A stretch of 64,000 nucleotides of DNA, taken from assembly GCA_030141605.1 (NCBI GenBank), contig JAQGDQ010000154.1, positions 419,501 through 483,500 on the forward strand, in the 5' to 3' direction. Each line of letters opens with the position of its first letter. Positions within the stretch are counted from its first letter, which is position 1. Below the pieces are notes generated by a model that searched no databases, was not told where the DNA came from, and saw only the letters and a program-made list of their open reading frames with translations. Positions 30,398-42,199 of the stretch are shown here, one piece after another. Position numbers and translations under genes: made by a program. This DNA is from Tubiluchus corallicola (taxonomy: Eukaryota; Animalia; Priapulida).

Positions 30398-30722
30398 CGA
30401 CGCGTTCAGACTAGCGAGTTTTCAAGCTCGCAAGTGTGAACTGCTTTGCGGGTTGCTGTAGTCAAGTTATTGTAAACTCTCCGACAGTTACTGCGAGTTG
30501 GTTTCCTGCGAGCTTTTGTCTAGTGTGAACATCACGTTGAGTTACTCGCGACGCTTCTTGCGTTGTATAAAAAAGAGAGTGTCAGCTCGCACTTATTGTC
30601 GGAGAGTAACTCGCAAGAAGTTTTGCCAACTAGTCTGAACACGTTTGCGAGTTACTGGGCAAGTTAACTTGATAAGTTACTTGGCGATTAACGAGACAAA
30701 ACTTGTTAGTGTGAGCGCGCTG
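30398..30722. mobile_element. PIF/Harbinger-like MITE
   Basis: TAA on both sides and ~25-bp imperfect TIRs (CGACGCGTTCAGACTAGCGAGTTTT vs CAGCGCGCTCACACTAACAAGTTTT). A homologous inverted copy lies at 42200-43054. Confidence 0.75.
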
Positions 30723-31185
30723 TAAAATAGGTTGATATTCTGGTTTAAGTCATTAGTTTAAACTGTGAAAACTAGAATTATTAGACCTCAGTAACTAAAA
30801 TCCTAAGCAGCTAATGAGTTGAAGAATATTTTTAATACCTTAGAGAATTGGTTCCTGAACTCCAAATTAAGACTTCAAGTGCTCTTGGAGTCATAATTTG
30901 GGAAGCCTGGAATGCTGAAGTCTTGGAATCATGGCTATTGTGTAGAATTTAAAAGATCAGAACGTTTTTTGAATGGCCACTTGCGTAAATTTAACAATTC
31001 ATTTATGGAAAATATATTGATCATTTTATCTCTCTGGTCTGCATAAGAAAATGTAATTATTATTAGGTCTAATATTATATTGATTAATTTTACTGTATGC
31101 TTAATTGTTGTGAGGCTAAAGAGGTTTATTTGATTCCTTAAACTATTTTAACTTTAAAATGCATTATACACCATCTTTGTTTCAG

Positions 31186-31267
31186 ATTCCGAAGATGAGA
31201 AAAACGGGTTTTTGCAACGATCCGGTGGAATGGCGAGCAAGAAGAAGAAAAAGAAACGACGACACAG
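31186..31267 (+). CDS. Vsx: Vsx exon 2 (DSEDEKNGFLQRSGGMASKKKKKKRRHR; NLS and homeodomain start)
   Basis: Acceptor ctttgtttcag| and donor CACAG|GTAAAA. Phase 1 in, phase 2 out. Encodes the KKKRRHR typical of Vsx. Confidence 0.96.
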
Positions 31268-31293
31268 GTAAAAAGTGGTTAGTTTTGTTTCGA

Positions 31294-31297
<4 letters not shown>

Positions 31298-31331
<34 letters not shown>
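31298..31331. repeat. (AT)n microsatellite just downstream of Vsx exon 2
   Basis: Directly visible. Confidence 0.95.
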
Positions 31332-31334
<3 letters not shown>

Positions 31335-32067
31335 GTGAACACCCCTTTCACACAAAATGTAAGTTTCTGTTGAAGCCAAGTTATGCATATGGCCTGTATA
31401 AAAGCGGTCGTCTCTGCTCTTTTACTAGTCCAGGTCCAGTTAGTGTAATCCACAACAGTGTAAACTCTAGTTCATCATTCTTTTTGAACCTACTTTATGT
31501 AATTTGGCAATAAAGCTATCGTTTTACTTACACATCATTCTGCTGTTTAGTGGATGGATGTCAGAAGAGTTACAGACAGCCTCCGCATCTGCTGGTACCG
31601 AACCAACCTGGGTAGTTTTACCACACGTCGGCGAGGTGCCGCCGGCAGTTCAATATAACGATTATAAACATTATACAGTGCATTAGAATCATTTAGTGCA
31701 CCTAACTAAAGATTTACACTGTTAACTAGCAAATCCATCAAGTGTTAGAAACTAAAACTACTAGTGCAATGTAGTGCATAAAACACAGGCATTTAAAATA
31801 AAGATAAACTTATAGCATACGATAAAATGTACAAGCACAAGCACACTAAATACCAATACGATGTTGACAATGACAATATGACATAACTAAACATACACGA
31901 TTATCAAATACGCATTAAAATTACATACAATAAATACAGTAAAAAAAACATTAAAATGCACTGAAAAAATAAATTGTACATAATACACATGTTGTTTAAA
32001 GCGCCAATAATCACATGCATTAAAGCAAATTAAACAAACATTAAAAATACACTGAAAAACATGATTA

Positions 32068-32416
32068 ATATATATATATATATATATACGCATACGCATA
32101 CACATACACATACATATACATACATATACATACATACACATATATGCATATATACATATATACACATATATACGTATATATACATATATGTATATACACA
32201 TATATACATATACACATATATACATATAAACACATAAACACATATACGCATATACGCATATACACATATACGCATATATACACATATACGCATATACACA
32301 CGCATATATATATACGCATATACATACACGTATACACATATACACACATATACATATATACACATATACATATATATATACATATATAGATACATAATAT
32401 ATATATATATATATAA
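32068..32416. repeat. Mixed (AT)/(AC) dinucleotide repeat
   Basis: Directly visible. Confidence 0.96.
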
Positions 32417-35078
32417 TAGATATTTTCTCCACTTCTGTGTAATATTGTTCTTACTCTTCATCTGCAGCTTGCAGAACTAGATGCCTGTTATCTTAACAGT
32501 AATGATGTCACATATTCTGCTAATATCAAAATAAAGAACGCAACGCGAAAACAGAAATTTTGGAGGAAAATTGAAAATAAACAAGAAGATTTGCTCAGAT
32601 AGATAAGCTATTTTGTTATTACTGAGTGCCTGTTTGCGATTTGCACAGTTATACTGCACAGTCATCCTGATTTCATTCCACGTGAAAACATGACTCTATT
32701 ATTGCAATTGAACAAACTGTTATGAAATCATACAAGATGGAAGTTGCTTCAAATTACGATTAGATGTGTCGAGAGACGGGAATATTCCCCCAGGATAAGA
32801 AGTAGTGGAAACTTGCAGCTGCATGCATGGAAAATAAGGCAAATTATGGCCGCATTTTACTCTAAAAAAGGATCGATTTAATGTAGCAAAAGGAGCAAAA
32901 AATAAAAAACACACAAGTTCCATACTCGCAATGTAAACTTTTTTTAGCATTGTTTATTGCAAAGATCGTAGCTTCATTTGTCACAGTCATATGAAGTTAG
33001 GCCCATTATTTCTGCTTGTTTGTTCTAAAAGTGAGTATAAATTCAGTGTTTCGCTTTGCTTTGTTCTAAAATAAAATAATTACTGTACATTGCTTTGCAT
33101 CGTCTCAATTTAATTGTTTTAATTTACTTTTTTCTTGACTTCAATCTAATTTGATATTGTGAATTTAATTTAATTTAAGTTAATTTACACTACACTTATT
33201 TCCTATACTTCGCTTTGCTTTACTTTATTTTACTTTGTCTTCTATAGTACATTACTTTTTTCATTTAGCTATGCTTTCAATTTATTTTCATTTACAAAAT
33301 TAAAACCTATTTTAACTGTGAAGTAATAATAAAATGCTTCCTTATTCTACAGTTTATTGTCATTGTTCTTATTGAATTAACTTCACCTGTAACAGTGCAA
33401 CGACAATACGTACAACTTGCGTCATCGCGCTTACTTTCTTAACGTGCAAATAAAACTCAACAACTCAATGAATATTTTAGTATCATCTCCTTGCTAAAAC
33501 ATGTTTTTCAAAAACCCCTGCTTCTCTTGCTGCTGAATACCTGCATATAAGCCTTACAGGTATAAATTGGCACTTAGAGAAGTTGTTGTTCAGCGGCGTA
33601 GAAAACGTAGAGAGAGAGAGTAGTTTGATCCGCACAAAAGAAGCCATGGAGGCAAAGCATGGCTTCATTGAGCGTAATAGCTGATTAGTGGCGAATAAGT
33701 GGGCTTATCCTACGCTGAGTCGTGCTAATCAGGCAATTTCACCTTTACCTACCTGCTGCTAGTACCTGGAGTAATCATTAGCGGTTCGTTTCTAGCTTGA
33801 TACCGCCTCCCTGCTCTAACTAGACAAAATCAAGCTAATAGAAGAAACGTGATAAATTTGCTAATACAGACCCAATCAAAGAGAAGAGAAAGGAAAGGCA
33901 CTTGCTGGCTTCCGCGAACCCGGGGCGGCCTTCGTGCTCTGCTCCTCAAAATATGGCTAATGAGGGTACAACGGGCACGTATCAAACTCAGGTTTAATTG
34001 CTCATAATTTTCTATTCGGGAAATTACATCCTTCTGCTCTTGAACTGCACGCTGACAAGGGCATGTTGCCGTTGCCCTAAAACGATAACGCAAGTAGTGT
34101 GGACACGCCTTAAAAAGCTCCAACTCGAACTGAACTAATCTAGCTGAAGTGAGCAAATCGGCTTTATTCGTTACTTACTTGACAGCCAATAACGTTTGTT
34201 AATTGCACTGGGATCCTTATCTGTCTTGAAGATATGCCGTCTGCATGCGTTATGGCCAATCTCATCTGGCAAAGTCCCTTTGCATGGCTACTTTGCTAGA
34301 CTGGACATTTTGAGTCAGACTGCATTTGTCTTTCTATTATTGCTGTCTAGTGACAATAGTAATATTACGTTCTACAGTCTTATTAGACTTTGGCGTACTA
34401 ATACTAAACCAAACAAAGAAATGAGGACCGCAAAGACCAAGGACAGTAGTTCAATTCCTGAGATAGACGGACTTTTACCATTTCTAACCGGATTGGTTAA
34501 ACATTTTGTTATAAGGCCTTTGCAGTCTTATTGTATATATATATATATATTTAATACTAAGACATATATGGTGCACATTGAATTGTAGTAGTTATCAGTT
34601 CGAAAATGAATATAATATTTTTGCAAGGAGAACAGTGAGGGAAAAGGCTTTGATAGAAAACCAACAGGTAATGGTTAATATGGCTAGAGACTGCATCGAA
34701 TGCTTAGAATGTAATGATTTTAATTTCTTAAGCACAACACAGCTGCAATCAATTCTAAATTACATTGTAATATGTTAATTTGCAAGAAATTGTATTGCTT
34801 ATATATTTTATCAGAAATACTAGGCCCATTAATTCTTTTTACTATCGTTATTTTGTTTTTATTACTAATCGTGTAAAAAATCTTTACTACTAACACTTTT
34901 ATTATGAATTACTTATGAAAAGTATATTAAAAATAAAATGATGCTAATAATAATAATTAGTAATTTCTCTTATAACATCAACCATTGAAAATTAAAAGAA
35001 ATAAATTAAACAAAAATGAAGAAAAAAAATTTAAATTTGAGCACTATATAAGTTTGTTTTTTGCTAATTAAAAAGATG

Positions 35079-35081
<3 letters not shown>

Positions 35082-35140
<59 letters not shown>
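35082..35140. repeat. (AG)n microsatellite
   Basis: Directly visible. Confidence 0.96.
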
Positions 35141-36184
35141 GAGCGAAAAGAGGGCAGAAGGAACGGAGGCATATATAATTCAGAAGAAAGGGAAAAAGAA
35201 AAACGAAGAAAAACTAGAAAAAAATAAGCAATTGGTGTGCGAATGAATGAATATACGAATAGAACAATAAATAAACATGTGGATACATGTAGAATAACGA
35301 AATAATTAATAAATAGTAATAATAAATTACTAAATAAATAAATAAAGATAAATAATGAAAATGTCATACTTTTGTAAACATGCCTTTGTCTGACGAGCGA
35401 GCCCTGCCTGACCACGCTTCTCTTGAATACTCCCACATTGTATGTTTGATTAGATTCTGTAATTTGTTAACTGTTCTTCTCGGATTAACTTTTTTCCTTT
35501 TGCTTTTCTCAACATTAAATTGAGCAGTGAGCAGTTCATCGCCTCTTTTCCAGCACTCTCCTCGCAATTTAATAACATTACTTCATCTCCTCGGTCCAGT
35601 GACTTCCTATACACATTCATTAAAAATATTACTGACAAATTGGTACTTATTGCTATTAAGTTGTTGGAAGAGAATAAAGTCTACTATAAATTTGATGTTT
35701 CAATGGAAATCTGGCGAGTTATCTGGGAGCTAATGGCGTGATAAGATAAGTAAGCCATTTCGTTGGCAGACGCCCGTCTGACTTAACCCTTTATCACGTC
35801 TTTAAAAGACCGCTGATATAATTAAATGAAGGGTTGTCAGGAGATGGAAGCAGACAAGTCTTTGGTCGACCGAATAACATGGCGCAAATAGAATTAGGTT
35901 TTGCTTCTTCGCCATGTAATGGAAAAGACAAAATTGAGTTTGTAAATTAGAGTTTATACGCGCACAGAGCGCCCACTGTTCTACTTGGCTAATCTAGCTA
36001 CTTTTTCACAAGCTGGTAGTAACAAATTACATTATTTTTGTGTATTTTATATACGTAAATAAGTTTATAATTTTTTTCTGGTGTACACAAAAACGAATAC
36101 GTTTTGAATTAGCACACATTTTTATTTTTCGCCAATATAATGTTGAAACTTGTTCTTGGTATTCGCATTTGTTTGTATACATAT

Positions 36185-36680
36185 ACACAGTTTCTGGAAT
36201 ATCTGAGCTATCAGATTTCCTTGAAATTTAATTATGTTGAACACATTTGTGCACAAAGTCCAAAGTATCACAGAAAATTCCTTAAAATTCAATAATCTGA
36301 TTTGTGCACAAGATGCAACATATCAAAAGCTAGGAATTTATTTCATTAATTTCATTAATCTTATACACATAGTTGTGCGCAACTTTCAGAACTTATTTCT
36401 CAAAATTCAATCGTGTTATGCACAGTAGTTAACAATTTTTAAAATATCGGATCTTTGAAATTTTCTTGATATACGCAGTTGTTCAAAAATTTCAAAATGC
36501 CGGAGCTACTAAGTTTTCTTGAAATTCTGTTATGTTATTTACACAGTTGTGCACAAAGTTATAAAGTTTCAGAGCCACGGAGCATTCTTGAATTTCGTAC
36601 ACAGTTGTGCATGAATTTCAAAATATCAGAGCTTAATATTTCATTGAAATTCAGTCAGTACACACAGTTGTGCATCACTA
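36185..36680. repeat. Degenerate minisatellite (~55-60-bp unit) upstream of Vsx exon 3
   Basis: Recurrent CACAGTTGTGCA...AAATATCAGAGCT...TTCTTGAAATT, about 8 decayed copies. Confidence 0.65.
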
Positions 36681-36955
36681 CAATTCAAAAAACATGTGAT
36701 GCTTTTGACAGATTAATTTAAATTCATAAGATCAAGTATATAGATGAAATATACGAACCAATAGTAATTTTTTTTATTATTTAAATTATTTTGACTATTT
36801 TGATTATTCATTATAAAATTAATAGAGCTGGTGTGATTTTCAATTAATTATTTTATTTTGTGTTAATATTATTATTCATTCTGGACATGTTAATATTTAC
36901 TATCTAGTTTACTTATTTTTTACATATGTCACTAACGATATTTTATAATTTTCAG

Positions 36956-37079
36956 AACGATATTTACAAGCTATCAGTTAGAAGAATTAGAAAAAGCGTT
37001 TAAAGAAGCTCATTATCCAGACGTATATGCTCGAGAATTATTATCACTAAGGACAGATTTACCTGAGGACAGAATACAG
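36956..37079 (+). CDS. Vsx: Vsx exon 3 (homeodomain helices 1-2: [41 protein letters not shown])
   Basis: Acceptor attttcag| and donor ATACAG|GTGGGT. Translation is a canonical Vsx homeodomain with the intron at the PRD-class position 46/47. Confidence 0.98.
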
Positions 37080-37540
37080 GTGGGTGTGTTAGTTTATTCA
37101 TTGCAGACAAAGCGACATCAGATATGTTATCACTTATTAAAATCCCTTCAAGCAAAATCCAAGTTTCTGCAATTCTTGTTCACTTCTTTCTTTGCGCCTC
37201 TTCGTTGTTTATTAACTTTATGAATAGAAGGATTCTATATATAAGACCAGTATGAAGCGTTTACTTTCGCAATTGATTTGATTGTGGTGATTTTATTAAC
37301 TCGATTTAATATAGTAATTTGATTTAGAATTAAAAATTAGCAATATCAATTTAATTTGCGATCTTGGTTCATGATTTTTGTTGCAAGAGAAGATATGGCA
37401 AAGCAAAACAAGCATTTAAACAGCGAGATTTTCCAAAGAAATATTTCAACTTTCAAACATTGCACAACAATGGTTTTTAACAGTAAATTAATGCACCTAA
37501 AGCTCTCAACTTCTCATCCTGTTTAGGAATAAGTATATAT

Positions 37541-38058
37541 TGTTACGAAGGCAGATTATGACCAACCCCCTATTGTTAGTAATGGGTATGGTTGAGAATC
37601 ACAGTAATGCAAAAGTACCTGTATAAAACAGAACACATGCCGTAATTTGACGATTCCAACCTGGCCTTTCTGTCTATAAGGGTGAATGCTGTAGGTTTGC
37701 TGATTTTTATACAAAAGTCTGTTCACATGTCATGGGAGCTACTGGCTGTGCATTAAAGTTTATTTTGCATTCGTATTCTTTTTACTTTTCTCGTCTGCCG
37801 AAAAGTATTTCATAACTTGTATGCCGCTCTATACATCCTGAGACGGATCCGCGCTGGAACCCAGATCCGTTACTCTGGTGCACAGAAGTGGGATCCTAAA
37901 TTGGCGCCTGGAAAAGAACCCGGATCCGTTACACTGGTGTCAGAAGTGGGATATATTCTGAGGAGACAGATCGGCGCAAAGGTACCCGGATCCGTTACAC
38001 TGGTGCACATGAGTGGGATCCTAAATTGGCGCCTGGAAAAGAACCCGGATCCGTTACA
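37541..38058 (+). mobile_element. Gypsy-type LTR retrotransposon remnant: LTR, tRNA-Leu PBS, and a duplicated LTR 3' end
   Basis: Begins TGTTACG. GTTACA at 37928-37933 is followed after one base by TGGTGTCAGAAGTGGGAT (37935-37952), complementary to the 3' 18 nt of tRNA-Leu(CAA). Ends GTTACA at 38058. Flanks are ATAT and ACAT. Confidence 0.8.
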
Positions 38059-38091
38059 ACATGTTGAATTTTATGGCAAATAAAGATTTTT

Positions 38092-38132
38092 GCTAATACT
38101 GTTGCTGTTGCTGCTGCTGCTGCTGCTGCTGT

Positions 38133-38179
<47 letters not shown>

Positions 38180-38323
38180 TTGTTACTGCTACTACTACTG
38201 CTACTGCTGCTACTCCTACTGCTACTGATACTGCAACTACTACTACTGCTATTGCTACTACCACTGCTACTACTACTGCTACTGCTGTTGTTGCTGCTAC
38301 TACTGTTACTGCTACTACTACTG
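38092..38323. repeat. (CTG)n/(CTA)n compound microsatellite
   Basis: Directly visible. Confidence 0.96.
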
Positions 38324-39654
38324 AAACCTATAATCACCCTGATATTCGTGATTCGATTTCAGTTGATAATTCTGATTGTCTGATTCGATTACAACTCTTT
38401 TACAAAATGTGATTTTTAAAGCAAGAAACAAAATTTAAAAACGGCTAGTTATGAATAACGGCTGGTACTAAATAATGTGTAATGAATAATGAATAATGAC
38501 TGTGATTGTAAGAATGTAAAGCATATATAAGACCAAGGATTTCATACTCTAGAAACACCTATGATTCTACCTAGTCATGTACACACTTGACAATAGTCAC
38601 ACCAGTATAATAATTACGATGCAGCCAGAGGAAGATTACAGGTTTCTCTACGCTCAGTGCTATTGTATATGTGCAGGACAAGGAAAAGTTCGTTTTACTT
38701 CATTAAGTCACTTTTCCATCAGCAGCTTGGTCGATGAGAACAATAACATTTCTGCTCGGTGACAGAAAACGATACTTTCACGTGCCAATTAGCGAGCAAC
38801 ATAATCTTATATTGTTAATCAATGTATGATTCGGCACACCTCAGCGAAGTCTTACAGGTAATTATTGCACAAATTACCAGTCCTGCACAGCGGATGTAAA
38901 CGGAAATTGTGGCAATTTTACAGTTCCGGAATCGATTCATTTGCCAAACAAGTGACTACCCGGCGGAGAGAAGGCACGGCACGCTTCTCCTAGCTCAGCA
39001 ACAATCGATAACTATTATTAATTACTTTAATTAGAATCGCTGCTTCCGGATAATCAGGTTGTCGTTTGGAAATACCTGCCTGGCAACTTATTGCCTGCTA
39101 ATAGAACTTATTTGTCACACGAAGCATGTGTGTCTCGTGTTTAGGTTTAATAAATTGCACTTGCCTATTGATGGGCGAGAGTTAGGTTGAGAATTAGAGG
39201 GGAATCCATCATCCAGTATAATAAAAGCTTTAGTAAATCCGATTATAACACTGCTGTTCACATAAGCGGTAAACACGCTAATAAATCAGGTTCTTAACAA
39301 TTCGGCGCATAGATACAGGCGATAAATAAAGTGAAATTAGATAAGCGAAGCCGTGTGCATTCATGCGTGCGTGCATGCGTGCTGTTGAAGCCACGTTGTG
39401 TGAACTCGCGCGTGTATGCGTGTTGCGAATCAAAAACAACAAAATCTCTACTAGCATAATTAATTAGTCAGAGTTAATAAGCGTATAAATGAGATTAATG
39501 GTAATTGTCGGTTTTCACCTATTAACTCGTTTTGTACGTTTGTTTGTTTGTTTGTCTATCCATTTGTTTTTTTCGTTTATCTGTTTGCAAGTTCTCCATT
39601 GTTTCTTTCTATTTATTTCTTTTTTCATCACAAGTCATTTGATTTTCGGCTGCT

Positions 39655-40070
39655 TATTTATTCATTTATTCACTCATTCATTCATTCATTCATCCATCCA
39701 TCCATCCATCCATCCATCCATCCAGCCAGCCAGCCAGCCACTCACTCACTCACTCACTCACTCACTCACTCACTCACTCACTCACTCACTCACTCACTCA
39801 CTCACTCACTCACTCACTCACTCACTCACTCACTCACTCACTCACTCACTCACTCACTCACTCACTCACTCACTCACTCATTCATTCATTCATTCATTCA
39901 TTCATTCATTCATCCATTCATTCATTCATTCATTCACTCACTCACTCATTCATTCATTCATTCATGCATTCATTCATTCATTCATTCATTCATCCATTCA
40001 TCCATTTACTCATTCATTCATTCATTCATTCGTTCGTTCGTTCCCTTACTCATTCGTTTATTCACTCGTT
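39655..40070. repeat. Compound (TTCA)n/(TCCA)n/(GCCA)n/(CTCA)n microsatellite
   Basis: Directly visible. Confidence 0.97.
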
Positions 40071-41578
40071 ACATTCACATCTTAATTTTCGTTTCTTTTG
40101 CATTATATTCATATAAAAACTTCTTATATACATAATCATAGGAATTTGTGTGAGAACTTGATAAAAAAACTTACAAGTTTGGAGCGATTCTACATAAAAA
40201 TTTACATTATTATCAGTGACACGTTTAGCAGGCAAACTTTCACATCATCACATAACGCCTCAAAATATACCCCACCCATTGTATAACACCTTGCTGTTAC
40301 TGCATAACGGAAGTCGACAATATAAGAGCAATGCTTTTCCTCCAACTTCCGGCTCCCCAAACCATTCATTGTGCATCAGAGGAGATGTGCTTTCATTCTT
40401 CTTATTATAATTTTAATCATTATATTCCTCTAATTGGTCTGCGGATTTCTTTATGTAAAACACGTATAGGGCACGTACTCGTCATAAGAAAGCGATCCTA
40501 ATAAACGGTAGGCTCTTTGAGATTAAAACAACTAATTAGCGAACGTCTGCGAGTAATCTAATAGCCAACAAGCATCGTTAGAAATAATTATTTAATGTAA
40601 TTACGATTGAAGATAAAGCATGGAGGAAAAAACTCAGCGAAGTCTTCTTAATTACGCTCGAATATGCAACTAATGAGCCGATCGAATTATTCAGAATGAT
40701 TTAAGTTCGTATCATTTAATTTTCTCTGTCATTCGTCGGGTTATCTAGCGTGTTTTATAGCAGCAAAACGCCAATTAATAACAAGCGCATTAAATTTGGA
40801 AGGTTTATAGTTATTGTGAAGCAAAGCTACCCGCACTGGCTCGGAAATCATTTGTGTAATTAGTTTATTATATAAAATGCCGCAAATCGACCTCTGGGGA
40901 AAAATTAATTTGCCTAAGTAAATTCTAATGGCTGACGGAGAACACTGTGCTATGCATCATTCCTGTGTGGGTAAACGGGCCAATACATGCTGTGGGTAAA
41001 CGGGCCAATACATGCTGTGGATAAACACTGTATAGTGACTGGAATTCCTTAAAAATTGTAAAATTTTGTGCAATTCCTTGTCACGGCCATATACGCGTAC
41101 ACGGTTAGCTAACTGGCCGATATACGCCATTCGTCAGTATAAGATTTTCAACGGTATAGAAGCCATCGGATACTATGCTTTATATACAAGGTCATTCTAT
41201 GTAGGCTAAGTTTTTGCCTACTTCATTCAGGTACCGAATTTTCTATTGAACGGATGTCTATCTAGCACAGCATGCATGTGTTTTATAATTCTGTTTCAAA
41301 TTTCGTGAAAACGTTTTTACGGTTAAACACTTCGATGATTATGTTTAGTAAAACAATCGAGTCCAATAGGAGAATTGCCCCAACATGAACCCACCCAAAC
41401 GCTTGGTGAAGAAATGAGCAGAAGTGATTACCCTGACATGTTAGTAAATTACGAGCTCTGTCTGTTTAGTGTTTCTTGTTTAGTTGTTCACACTCACGAA
41501 GAACATGTGACTCGAGCTTTAGATTTGAGACAATGACGTTAAGTCACCCTAGATCAATTATAATATTGATTATAATAT

Positions 41579-42098
41579 TAATAACCGCCACCCGGGGGTG
41601 GTTTGGGCCTGCAGGTAAGGAGGCGGAGTAGCCTAATGATTTCCACAGAACCACAATTAAACAAAGCTCAATTAGATCATGCTGACTATTTAACTGGTAA
41701 GAGATTCGACTACTACAAGACCTAAACTAACTACGACAAGATTTTAAACAAATTAAAGAAAAACAGAACAAAAAATAAAGTGGATAGACTGATACCTAAC
41801 TTGCCATATAGCGGGTAGTAGGAGAGCTCTAAGTCTGATGGAAGAAACACAAGAACAAGAACCACCAACTCTGCACAACCCGATTACCACTGTAGCACCA
41901 AAAGAATGACATGTGAACGGACTTTTGTATAAAAATTAGCAAGCCTGCAGCATTCAGCTTTACAGACAGAAACGCCAGCGTGGAATCGTCAAATTATGGC
42001 AAACATTGTGTTTTATACAGGTACATTTACATTACTGGGCTCCTCAATCATACCCATTACTAACATTAGGGGGTTGGTCAAAATCTGCCTTCGTAACA
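41579..42098 (-). mobile_element. Solo LTR related to 37541-38058
   Basis: The minus strand starts TGTTACGAAGGCAGATT and matches 37541-37733 over about 190 nt before diverging. ATAT on both sides. The left terminus is non-canonical, so that boundary is less certain. Confidence 0.65.
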
Positions 42099-42199
42099 AT
42101 ATATTAATTTTACATCCACAAACCGTCACATTTTTCAATACAATCACTAGTGAATATAGTTAACATTTATTGCTGGTTATTTGCCATTCGAGAAATGAA

